IMG/VR virus record: IMGVR_UViG_3300013772_000002
Span: 40,817 to 104,816 of that record
Origin: a virus
Strand: one strand, 5' to 3'
Length of the DNA stretch: 64,000 bases
The translations under genes were made by a program, and so were the position numbers. The notes beneath the pieces were generated by a model, which was not told the origin of the DNA, did no database searches, and worked only from the letters and a program-made list of their open reading frames with translations. Shown here piece after piece: positions 36,036 to 44,784 of the stretch. The first letter of the stretch is position 1. Each line of letters begins with the position of its first letter.

Positions 36036-39000
36036 ATGGCGATGTCGCCGCTCGAACACTACTTGCACGAACGCGACCTCAAGCGCGGCGAACGGTCGCT
36101 TCTCCGCATGGAGTCATACGATCGCGGCACTTCGCTTATCAAGGCAGCGGAACCACAGCCCGACGATGAGGATCGCGCGCGCCAGACGAACATGCGTGCG
36201 GACTTCGCGGCGAAAATGTATCACCGCCTGCGCAATAGTCGTGTTCCCGAGGAGGAGATCGTCACTCAGATCGCCGCCAAGATCGGCGTCCGTCCCGAGC
36301 GCGTCGATGCCTATGTCAAGCATGGCCGCCAGCGCGACGTTCAGCGTGCCGAGTCACAGAGCGCCGACCTACGCACTTCGACAACTAAGATCGCCGGTGG
36401 TCAGCGTGCCGATGCGCGGAGCGCGGCGAATGCCCAACTCGCCCCGATGTCTGTTATGGAAGCCAAGCAGATGAAGATGCTGATGGCGAAGGACGACAGG
36501 GGAGAGGCAACTGACGAGGAGATTGAAGACCTCAATGGCCTGATGCATATCAAGGCAGGTCGCAACTCGAAGGACGCACAGGCATATCGCGCCAAAAATG
36601 GCGAACCCGACGCCGCCGTCACACAACCGGAAAAGCCGAAACCACAAGCTGTCGTGCCCGCCGATCCCAATGCTCCCGAAGACGCCGCTTCCTCTGAGGC
36701 ATCCGCGTCCGCCCCCGCCAGCAGCCAGGCTGCCGCGCCACCGCCCGCCGAGTCTGCACCGCCAACCGAAGAGGAGATGGCGCCGTCGGCAGGCAGCGCC
36801 GATCCGAATGGCCCCCAGGAGGAGGAAGCGCCTCAGGGCGGGGGAGACTCGCAACTCAACCTCGACGCGATGATGGCCGATGAGGGCGAGGAGGAGAAGC
36901 CGAAACCGAAACGCAAGAAGAAGGTCAAGAACCCGAACGAAGTGCCCGAAGGCGCGGTCGAGGTTCCCGAGGAGCCCCAAGCCGCTCCCCAGCCCGAAGA
37001 AGCGCCCGCGCCCGAGGAGGCAGGTCCTTCGGAATCAGAAACGCCACCGGACGATCAAGCAAATCCCATGATGGCCGACGAGCCCGAACAGGTCGCGCCG
37101 CCACAGCAGCAAGAGGCAGCCGCGCCGAAACCAAAGCGCGTCCGTCGTCAACGAGCCGCCGCGCCTCAAGAAGGGATGGAAGAAGGACCGAAAGCCGCGC
37201 ATGGTGGTCCGGTAACCGAAACCGGGGAAGTGATGGGGGGCGGCGGTACCCAGCGTAAGCAGGGCCTTGGTGTCGATACCGTCCGTGGACCGAACGGTGG
37301 CTTCTATCAGGTGACGCAGAACGGCAACTATCGCCGCATCAGCCAGCGCGAGTACTCCGAACGACAGGGCAAGGGAAACCAGCCCCGCCACGCAAGCAAA
37401 CTCGGTCCCGAGGACGATCGCAACGGTCCTATGGACGCCTATCATCGCTGGAACGAGATGGAGGGAATGGGGCACAAGCCCTTCCATAGCTCCAACGTCA
37501 CCGCGACGACGCATCACAAGACGGGCGAATCGATCGACGAACTTTCCGGTCCCGAGGCGATGCATGGAACCGATGCCGCGCGCGAAGAGTACCAGGAACA
37601 CATGTCCCAACAGGCAGAGGAGCGCAAGGCCAGTCGCGAAGCCGACCATTCCCTGACAAACCACGCACACAAATATGAGCGTCCCGAGACGCCGGGCGGT
37701 CATTTCCAAGGGAAGAAAAACCTCACCACCGATGACGTGCGCGCCCATATCCGCGCCCTCTCCGAATTCACGGGGCTCGGCGGCAAGGCGGGTCACCGGA
37801 TGAGCTGGGTCGTCGAGCCCGAATATCACACCATCTACCGTGACGGTAAGAAGTACCGCGTTCGTAAGAATGAGGGCGGTGGCCGGGCGATCGACTTCGA
37901 TGTCAAGGAGAACGAGGACGGCTCGATGACGGTGCAGGGCAAACTGCTCAGTTACGCGCCGACACACAAGAAACTCTCCGCCAAGCAGATCGCCTACTTG
38001 ATTGCTACCGGACAGATTCATCCTGCTAATAACAAGCATAACCCCGAGTCCGTCAAGGACTTCGGTCAGGAAGTGACTCTCTCCGCCGAAGACCTCAAGA
38101 ACGGCAATATGTTGCAACTCAACAACCTGATGTCACACTGCGCTGAGACATCACACAACATGCGTGGCGCGCGCGTCAATCGCCGAATGCACGATCTTTA
38201 CGAAGCGCACGGCGCCGGTCACCACAACTGGAGGTATGACCAGATGTTCAATACCGCGGGTCGTGGTGGCACCGGGGCGCATGCCCAAGGACGCGCGGGC
38301 GGCGGATCGTACGAAGCGCACGGCGGTAAAGAGCAGCCTCTCGCCGCGTCGATGACCAGTCTACGCGAAAGCCAGATGGCCACCTATCTCGGTCCTGACT
38401 GGCGCGCGAAGCTGGCAACGGCGGTCGCGCTACGTAAGGCGGGCGTTCCCATTGAGGCGACCGAGGTAGATGGCGAGCGTTATCTGCATACGCCTGTCCT
38501 CGTTTCGCTTACGAAAGCGGATACGATGATGTCGCAACAGGCAATGATGCGCGCCGCGTATGCGATGATCGCCGCCTCGGGTGGTTCACAGCCACCTCGA
38601 ATCGCCGGAGACCCACTTGGCACGGTCGAGCGCCTGCCGCCCCCACCTGCCACCCATACGCCGACACGCCAGCCGCGCGAGGCAGCCGCGCCCAGCATGC
38701 GTCCGCCACGGACACCTAGCAAGTTCTTTGAGACCGTCAATGGTGGTCCGGCGAGCTGGCGACCCGCGATCGGAACGTACGACGGGCGTGGCAATCGCCA
38801 AGGTCTTGCTTCGGCAGTACTCGCTGCTCTCAAGGGAGGCAATCCCGATGGTGACTGGGAGTCAACTGTCTCTTCGCATACTTGGCGATACGGTCCCATT
38901 CGCATGGATAAGGTTCATGCCGTAGGGGTGAAGGAGCGAAGCTTCAGTCCTGAGAAGGCTGACATGTACCGCCAAAACTATCTCGATGGCATTGCGCTAC

Positions 39001-39179
39001 CGCCGATTGTCTGCATCGCGCATGGCGCGTCCAATCATATTCTGGATGGTCGTCATCGGTATGTTGGGGCCTTCGATGCGGGCATGCGCTCACTTTTCGG
39101 TTTCATTGGCACCCCCAAGCGCAATGCCGCGGGTTACCAAACTTCGGACGGTCCGACGGCGACTCGTCAGAATGGCTGA
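36036..39179 (+). CDS. large protein (1047 aa) with an acidic disordered region and a C-terminal ParB/Srx-like domain
   Basis: LPPIVC..HILDGRHRYVGA at the C-terminus; LIKA/LRKA/LTKA motifs; AGGAG RBS. Confidence 0.8.
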   Translation: MAMSPLEHYLHERDLKRGERSLLRMESYDRGTSLIKAAEPQPDDEDRARQTNMRADFAAKMYHRLRNSRVPEEEIVTQIAAKIGVRPERVDAYVKHGRQRDVQRAESQSADLRTSTTKIAGGQRADARSAANAQLAPMSVMEAKQMKMLMAKDDRGEATDEEIEDLNGLMHIKAGRNSKDAQAYRAKNGEPDAAVTQPEKPKPQAVVPADPNAPEDAASSEASASAPASSQAAAPPPAESAPPTEEEMAPSAGSADPNGPQEEEAPQGGGDSQLNLDAMMADEGEEEKPKPKRKKKVKNPNEVPEGAVEVPEEPQAAPQPEEAPAPEEAGPSESETPPDDQANPMMADEPEQVAPPQQQEAAAPKPKRVRRQRAAAPQEGMEEGPKAAHGGPVTETGEVMGGGGTQRKQGLGVDTVRGPNGGFYQVTQNGNYRRISQREYSERQGKGNQPRHASKLGPEDDRNGPMDAYHRWNEMEGMGHKPFHSSNVTATTHHKTGESIDELSGPEAMHGTDAAREEYQEHMSQQAEERKASREADHSLTNHAHKYERPETPGGHFQGKKNLTTDDVRAHIRALSEFTGLGGKAGHRMSWVVEPEYHTIYRDGKKYRVRKNEGGGRAIDFDVKENEDGSMTVQGKLLSYAPTHKKLSAKQIAYLIATGQIHPANNKHNPESVKDFGQEVTLSAEDLKNGNMLQLNNLMSHCAETSHNMRGARVNRRMHDLYEAHGAGHHNWRYDQMFNTAGRGGTGAHAQGRAGGGSYEAHGGKEQPLAASMTSLRESQMATYLGPDWRAKLATAVALRKAGVPIEATEVDGERYLHTPVLVSLTKADTMMSQQAMMRAAYAMIAASGGSQPPRIAGDPLGTVERLPPPPATHTPTRQPREAAAPSMRPPRTPSKFFETVNGGPASWRPAIGTYDGRGNRQGLASAVLAALKGGNPDGDWESTVSSHTWRYGPIRMDKVHAVGVKERSFSPEKADMYRQNYLDGIALPPIVCIAHGASNHILDGRHRYVGAFDAGMRSLFGFIGTPKRNAAGYQTSDGPTATRQNG

Positions 39180-39459
39180 ACGACGCCGCGGTGCGCTCTG
39201 CCCCCACTGTGGGGGCGAGACGTACCTGCTTGAGGCGAAAGAGAACCCCGGCGCCTATCAGTATATCGGTAAGGGCGTACGCTACCACCCGGAGGACGGA
39301 AGCACACGCTGGAACTGTCCGAAGTGTGGCGCCGAGCACCGACATACACATGAAGTCACCTTGACGAAAGGGGGTGGTACTAGCACCCGCTCACGTCTCT
39401 CAACATTGCCACCACCGATTCCTGTTTTGCCGCTTTCGAAGCGGATCGCACCTAAGTAA
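39172..39459 (+). CDS. small zinc-ribbon protein
   Basis: CPHCG...CPKCG. Confidence 0.65.
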   Translation: MAERRRGALCPHCGGETYLLEAKENPGAYQYIGKGVRYHPEDGSTRWNCPKCGAEHRHTHEVTLTKGGGTSTRSRLSTLPPPIPVLPLSKRIAPK

Positions 39460-39488
39460 TTGCGGGTATTACCCCGCGGAGGTTCCCC

Positions 39489-39590
39489 GTGCTCCAGACA
39501 CTCGCTGCCATCGATGCCAGTAGCCCGCTCGTTATCGTCGTTCTCGTGCTCCTAGCAATCGCACTCCTGATCTTCATCATCCGCCGCTGA
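39489..39590 (+). CDS. 33-aa single-pass membrane microprotein
   Basis: GGAGG then GTG; MLQTLAAIDASSPLVIVVLVLLAIALLIFIIRR. Confidence 0.6.
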   Translation: MLQTLAAIDASSPLVIVVLVLLAIALLIFIIRR

Positions 39591-39611
39591 TCGCGCTAAG
39601 GAGAGAATCCT

Positions 39612-41057
39612 ATGACTGCCACCGCCTTCGCGCGTTTTCGGATGCGCGACACCGAGTTTTCCCGCAATGTCGCCGCCCAGTCGGTCGTCGGCTGCCGCGT
39701 CGAACTCGATGACGTCCCCGGGGCGGTGACGGTCAGCTATGCGCTCGTTCAAGAAGATTCACAGACGACGATCGCGACCAAGATTGTTGTGCCAACCGAG
39801 AAGCGTTTCGATGTTGGCATCGACCTGACCCGTGATTGCTTTGATCCCCTCTATCTTGGTCGTGCCGGACATCCTGACGTCAATGTTTATCAGGGTCGGT
39901 ACGGTCTTTATCACTGCGTCCTAACCCTGATGGATGGCATGAGCATGCCGATCGCCGTCGTCACGACGCCAAGTTTTGCGATTATGCCAGTCACGGTCAA
40001 AGAACTCAGAGGGGGATATGCGTATGGTTTGTCCGGACTTGCCTCCGATGTGATTGCCCCGGTCAAACAGCCAGTCAATATTACGGGCGTCACCATTGAG
40101 ACAATTTCTCCGACGATGTACAAGGCAAATTACACCCTTCGATGGAATGTTGGCGACGCGACACTGACGCTCGTGCCGAAGGTCCGCGTCCCGGGATTTC
40201 CGCCCCCGTCGGTCGCGATCGACCCCAATAGTGCCGGAACCGCCATCATGCATGTGAGTCCGCTCGGTGGCGACTACGCCACGATCGTTTATGACGGCTG
40301 GGACTTGCCGAATACCGATGCCGAGGACGTGATGGAGTTCGATAATGCTCGCATCAAGGACGAGGTCTGGCGTAAGCATATCTTCGACGCGATCCGCTAT
40401 GTTGAAAGCAAACTCTTTTGTTACGTCGAGCCTGTCCGCATCGCAACTGATGCCGATCTTGACCCAAGAGCAGTCGACAACGATCGGATGCCAGTTGGTT
40501 ACGAGAGGCCACCATCGCAAAACAACTGGCTCACCGTTCCCCTCCCCGTCCGCCCCTTGCTCGTCGTCAATCAGTTAATTGGCAAAATGAACGATGGCAA
40601 GGTACTCGATATTCCGCCGGAGTGGCGCAAAGTAGGCCGCCAGAACGGGCGCGTCTCACTCGTACCAAGCGCGGGTTCTCCGATTAACTGGTTGCTCTAT
40701 GGTCCACAATTCATCGGCTTCCTTTGGTACGGCTTTCCCAATATCCCCGACTTCTGGCATTATGCCGCGATCGCCGGTATCCCTGATTTCGACGGCGAAA
40801 TCTATTCTGACGTGCGCGAGTTGATCGCCAAACGAGCGATGGTCAACATCTTGCAGGTAATGGGACGAGCGTTGGCAGGTGGACGAAGTTCGGAAAGTTA
40901 TTCAAAAGACGGTATAAATACTTCATCTAGTTACACAAGTGGATCGGGTTCTCCAATGTATGGCGCCGAGATCGCCGAGTACAGTAAGCAGGTCGAGGAC
41001 GGTCTGAAACGAGCGCGCCAGCGGGTCCTTGGTATTATCAGTACTACCTTTTCCTGA
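39612..41057 (+). CDS. Head-tail adaptor / head completion protein
   Basis: C-terminal half IFDAIRYVESKL..PDFWHYAAIAG..GRSSESYSKDGINTS..MYGAEI resembles the SPO1/Twort-like adaptor. Confidence 0.7.
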   Translation: MTATAFARFRMRDTEFSRNVAAQSVVGCRVELDDVPGAVTVSYALVQEDSQTTIATKIVVPTEKRFDVGIDLTRDCFDPLYLGRAGHPDVNVYQGRYGLYHCVLTLMDGMSMPIAVVTTPSFAIMPVTVKELRGGYAYGLSGLASDVIAPVKQPVNITGVTIETISPTMYKANYTLRWNVGDATLTLVPKVRVPGFPPPSVAIDPNSAGTAIMHVSPLGGDYATIVYDGWDLPNTDAEDVMEFDNARIKDEVWRKHIFDAIRYVESKLFCYVEPVRIATDADLDPRAVDNDRMPVGYERPPSQNNWLTVPLPVRPLLVVNQLIGKMNDGKVLDIPPEWRKVGRQNGRVSLVPSAGSPINWLLYGPQFIGFLWYGFPNIPDFWHYAAIAGIPDFDGEIYSDVRELIAKRAMVNILQVMGRALAGGRSSESYSKDGINTSSSYTSGSGSPMYGAEIAEYSKQVEDGLKRARQRVLGIISTTFS

Positions 41058-41060
41058 TCC

Positions 41061-41090
41061 TTGACGAGACAAGAGAAACATGAGATAGTG
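41061..41090 (+). promoter_or_regulatory. promoter of the MTase gene
   Basis: TTGACG-N17-GATAGT. Shares CATGAGATAGTG with the recA promoter. Confidence 0.6.
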
Positions 41091-41133
41091 ACGGTGGCGA
41101 TTGAGCCACCGTCACTTATGTTTGGGAGCGATC

Positions 41134-41964
41134 ATGCCCTTAGAACCTGCGGCTCGCGCGACGATTATTACCGGCGACGCGGTACGCACGTTGGCATCGA
41201 TCGACGATGCAACATGTGCCTTGACGCTCTTTAGTCCGCCTTACGATAAGGTCCGTGACTATGAAGACCATCCCACTTACGACAGTAGGACGCTCGGTGA
41301 TGAATTGCTACGTGTGACGATGGACGGCGGTATTTGCGCCGTCGTGATTGGCGACGGTACGGAAAAATTCGCCAAGTCGCTGACTTCATTTCGTCTCGCC
41401 GTCGATTGGTGCGATCGGGTGGGGTGGCGTCTCTTCGAGTGTTGTATCTACCAGCGCGACGGTCGACCCGGCGCTTGGTGGAGCAAACGTTTTCGTGTCG
41501 ACCATGAGTATCTCCTCTTTTTCCTCAAGGGCGCTCGTCCACGTTACTTCGACAAGACGCACCTCACGATTCCAACGAAACACGCCGGGGCCGTCTGGCA
41601 CGGAACGCAGCGCCATACGGACGGCACGCTGACAAAGATTGGCCCGAAGGCGGTCTCCGCGACGAAGTGTCGTGGCACAATCTGGCCTTACGCGACGAGC
41701 AATAGCGAAGGGAACAAGGAGAAAATGCGTCATCCGGCCACCTTCCCCGACAAACTGGCCGACGACGTGATTCGCTGTTTCTCGCGCCCCGGAGACCTCG
41801 TGCTTGACCCGATGTGCGGGAGTGGCACGACATTAGCGATGGCGCTACGGGCAGGACGCTCGGCGATCGGGATCGAAATCGCCGAGGACTATGCGACACT
41901 TGCACGCGAGCGTATTGCACGGGAACAGGGTGGGTCTGTACTTGACAATACACTCGTAGCATGA
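41134..41964 (+). CDS. beta-class DNA amino-methyltransferase (N4-C/N6-A)
   Basis: FSPPY catalytic motif, HEY, HPATFP, then VLDPMCGSGTT and GIEI. Confidence 0.92.
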   Translation: MPLEPAARATIITGDAVRTLASIDDATCALTLFSPPYDKVRDYEDHPTYDSRTLGDELLRVTMDGGICAVVIGDGTEKFAKSLTSFRLAVDWCDRVGWRLFECCIYQRDGRPGAWWSKRFRVDHEYLLFFLKGARPRYFDKTHLTIPTKHAGAVWHGTQRHTDGTLTKIGPKAVSATKCRGTIWPYATSNSEGNKEKMRHPATFPDKLADDVIRCFSRPGDLVLDPMCGSGTTLAMALRAGRSAIGIEIAEDYATLARERIAREQGGSVLDNTLVA

Positions 41965-41971
41965 GATAGTG
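41942..41971 (+). promoter_or_regulatory. promoter of recA
   Basis: TTGACA-N17-GATAGT with an extended TG. Confidence 0.65.
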
Positions 41972-42018
41972 GGGGCGATCCATCAGGATCGTCTTTCTCA
42001 TTTCAAAGGAGTTCACGC

Positions 42019-43101
42019 TTGGCTAAAACCCCAGCACCCACGGCAGCATCGCGCGACGAACAAAAACAAGCCGCACTCGCCATGGCGATCGGTCAGATCG
42101 AAAAAGCGTATGGCAAGGGTTCGGTGATGTATCGCGACAATATCGCGCGCCTTCCGGTCTCGGTGATTTCCACGGGAGCGATCGCTCTCGACCTTGCGCT
42201 TGGCGTCGGCGGTCTGCCGCGCGGACGAATCACGGAGATTTACGGCGCTGAGGGTTCAGGAAAAAGCTCGTTGTGTTTTCATGTGATCGCCGAGGCGCAG
42301 AAAGCGGGCGGTCTCGCTGCTTTTATTGATATGGAGCACGCGGTCGATCCTGTTTTCGCGGCCAAATGTGGTATGGACATGCACAACCTCGTTTTCTTGC
42401 AGCCCGACACGGGAGAGCAAGCGCTAGAGGATGCGGAAACGCTGATTCGCTCGGGAGCGATCGATGTGGTGGTGATCGACTCTGTGGCGGCGCTTGTACC
42501 GAAAGCAGAGATCGATGGCGACATGGGCGACTCCCACATGGGTCTCCAGGCACGCCTGATGTCCCAAGGGCTGCGGAAGATCGCGGCGGCGATTAATCAC
42601 ACAAACACCTGCGTCATCTTCACGAACCAACTCCGGATGAAGATTGGGGTCGTTTGGGGCAATCCCGAGGTTCAGCCAGGCGGTCGGGCACTGAAGTTCT
42701 GGGCAGGCGTCCGCCTCGAAGTCAAGCGAGGCGACTCGATCAAGCGCGGCGATCTTGTCATTGGTCACCGCATGCGGGTAAATGTCGTCAAGAACAAGGT
42801 CGCGCCCCCATTCCGTCATGCAGAATTCGATATTATGTATTACGCCAACGGTATTTCTAAGTCGGGTGGCGTCCTGGATGTTGGTGAAGGGTTGGCCATC
42901 ATCGCGAAGACCGGATCGCACTACGCGTTCGGTGAAGAAAAACTTGGTCACGGGCACGAGGCGGCCAAGGCGTATCTAGATGCCAATCCGGAGACCATGG
43001 CGAAGATCGCTACTGCCATCTATGCGAAGGTAGAACAACACGGTTCCCCCGCACCGGGGATGACTGATACCTTGTTCTCAGAAGAGGAGGAGTTGGGATG
43101 A
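42019..43101 (+). CDS. recA: RecA recombinase
   Basis: [70 protein letters not shown]. Confidence 0.97.
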   Translation: MAKTPAPTAASRDEQKQAALAMAIGQIEKAYGKGSVMYRDNIARLPVSVISTGAIALDLALGVGGLPRGRITEIYGAEGSGKSSLCFHVIAEAQKAGGLAAFIDMEHAVDPVFAAKCGMDMHNLVFLQPDTGEQALEDAETLIRSGAIDVVVIDSVAALVPKAEIDGDMGDSHMGLQARLMSQGLRKIAAAINHTNTCVIFTNQLRMKIGVVWGNPEVQPGGRALKFWAGVRLEVKRGDSIKRGDLVIGHRMRVNVVKNKVAPPFRHAEFDIMYYANGISKSGGVLDVGEGLAIIAKTGSHYAFGEEKLGHGHEAAKAYLDANPETMAKIATAIYAKVEQHGSPAPGMTDTLFSEEEELG

Positions 43102-43520
43102 CATTCACACGACGGGGATTCTTTCGGACTGCAGGCGGCGCGGTAGCGACCCTCGCTGCGGCGGCGACCAGCGGAGCGCTTCTGGCGAAGGCAATCGCGC
43201 CACCGCAGGACAATCCCGTGACATTTGATAAGCGCGGCCATCTCTCGATTACTACACCACCCGATCTTGATCTGGATCGGTTTCCCCTTGTGGTGACGGG
43301 CAATCTTGTGACGAATGACATCGACATGAAGAGCGAAAACCTTGTGCAGTGGAACGTTGTGCCCCCCGGTGGCTCTCTCGTAATTCATGGCAATTACAGC
43401 TCCGAAGGTCTGGAAGCATTCAAGCGTTCTGTCCTCGCGATGAACACCGACATGCACCGCCTCCCGATCGTCGCGAGCGATTCAGAGATGGACGAGAAGT
43501 TTACGTTCATCTCGAAATAG
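43098..43520 (+). CDS. protein with a twin-arginine (Tat) signal peptide
   Basis: [32 protein letters not shown]. Confidence 0.7.
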   Translation: MTFTRRGFFRTAGGAVATLAAAATSGALLAKAIAPPQDNPVTFDKRGHLSITTPPDLDLDRFPLVVTGNLVTNDIDMKSENLVQWNVVPPGGSLVIHGNYSSEGLEAFKRSVLAMNTDMHRLPIVASDSEMDEKFTFISK

Positions 43521-43542
43521 ATTTGTGACCGATGGCAATGAT

Positions 43543-43574
43543 GGGGCGGCGAATTGCGTCGCCCCTTTCTTTCT
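43543..43574 (+). terminator. Rho-independent terminator
   Basis: GGGGCGGC-loop-GTCGCCCC followed by TTTCTTTCT. Confidence 0.75.
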
Positions 43575-43613
43575 GTTACAATTGACGTATCGCTATAAAA
43601 ACAGGAGACCCCT

Positions 43614-43715
43614 ATGGTCGTCATTACCGTCGTCTTTTTGCTCTTGCTTGTGGCATTCCTAAGCACCGGCGTTTATTACACCACGCGAGCACCGGAGCGC
43701 CATGACCTTCAATAA
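43614..43715 (+). CDS. 33-aa membrane microprotein
   Basis: AGGAG RBS; MVVITVVFLLLLVAFLSTGVYYTTRAPERHDLQ. Confidence 0.55.
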   Translation: MVVITVVFLLLLVAFLSTGVYYTTRAPERHDLQ

Positions 43716-44496
43716 CACTCGCATGCGCACCCAGGGACTGGGCGATCTTACCCGTTCCCAGGGCGAGCAGGTTGTCTTTACCCCGGCGGTGGCCTGTCCA
43801 TGCAGCCTCAACCGCAATCGCCCCAACCCCGACTGCAAAATCTGTGGTGGTTTCGGCGCCTTCTGGGACGACGATTCCGAGCGCAAACAGATGCTCTGGG
43901 CGTCGGTCGCCAGCGTCCATCTGACACGCAGCCTCCAGGTCTTTGGCGAAGTCGAGTCAGGCGATCTTGTGCTCGGGCAAGAGTTGATGCCTTACCCGAT
44001 GCTGACGGTCTACGACCGTATCGAATTCACCAATGTTCTTGGTGAGCCCTTCGAGCCCGAAACGGTGGAGCGCGCGGGCGACCGCTGTGTTCTTTCCTAC
44101 GCCCCAATGGTCGTCGAGGAAGTGCTGATCGGCAACCCGGACGTCGGTCCCGCGTCAGTCGTTCGCTATAATTGTTACTGGCTCGAGGAAGGATCGTTAC
44201 CTGCTTCTCTTCCCCCGGACGCTGACTGCTACTTCCGTTGGGGGGTTCGTCGCATTACCTGGATGCCGGGACGCGGACCCAAAGAGGGGGAATATGTCTC
44301 GATTCGCTATCGCGCGCGAATGGAATGGATTGTTTACAAGACCCCCGATCCGCGCTTCGTACGTGGCACCAACCTCTCTGAGGCAGTCGCCCTCCAACTC
44401 AAACATCGCTTGCTGGCGCGGATGCGTGACCTGGATGCGGGACGCGAGGAACCGAAGCCACCAGACAGGAAGCGCATCCAGCGCAATGCTTGGTAG
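43702..44496 (+). CDS. Neck / head-closure protein (zinc-binding)
   Basis: ACPC..PNPDCKICGGFG..DRIEF..YVSIRY, a pattern typical of SPO1/Twort-like neck proteins. Confidence 0.65.
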   Translation: MTFNNTRMRTQGLGDLTRSQGEQVVFTPAVACPCSLNRNRPNPDCKICGGFGAFWDDDSERKQMLWASVASVHLTRSLQVFGEVESGDLVLGQELMPYPMLTVYDRIEFTNVLGEPFEPETVERAGDRCVLSYAPMVVEEVLIGNPDVGPASVVRYNCYWLEEGSLPASLPPDADCYFRWGVRRITWMPGRGPKEGEYVSIRYRARMEWIVYKTPDPRFVRGTNLSEAVALQLKHRLLARMRDLDAGREEPKPPDRKRIQRNAW

Positions 44497-44503
44497 TAGA
44501 CCC

Positions 44504-44600
44504 TTGACAAGACATTCAAAGAATGATATTCTGAAATTGTACCCCAGAAACACCCACCCGCACGATCACTATTGACGTGACACACATAACGTGTTATTCT
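44504..44600 (+). promoter_or_regulatory. tandem sigma70-type promoters
   Basis: TTGACA(44504)-N17-TATTCT and TTGACG(44572)-N17-TATTCT, both with an extended TG. Confidence 0.7.
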
Positions 44601-44606
44601 GAGGAT

Positions 44607-44766
44607 ACACCCCGATCGACCGAGGTAGAAAACCGGGCACTATTACACCCACCGCGTAGCGGTCGGTGATTGATGCGGGAACTGCTCGACCCGCCGGAAC
44701 GATCCCCCTTCGTACAACCTACGTGCCCATTACGGGGCCAGAAGCACCTCCGGGGTGTTTTTTGGC
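44607..44766 (+). ncRNA. candidate structured RNA or attenuator leader
   Basis: Non-coding stretch between the promoters and a terminator-like hairpin (44737-44766), with several nested stems. Confidence 0.35.
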
Positions 44767-44784
44767 TTGCGTTCCCGGAGACCC

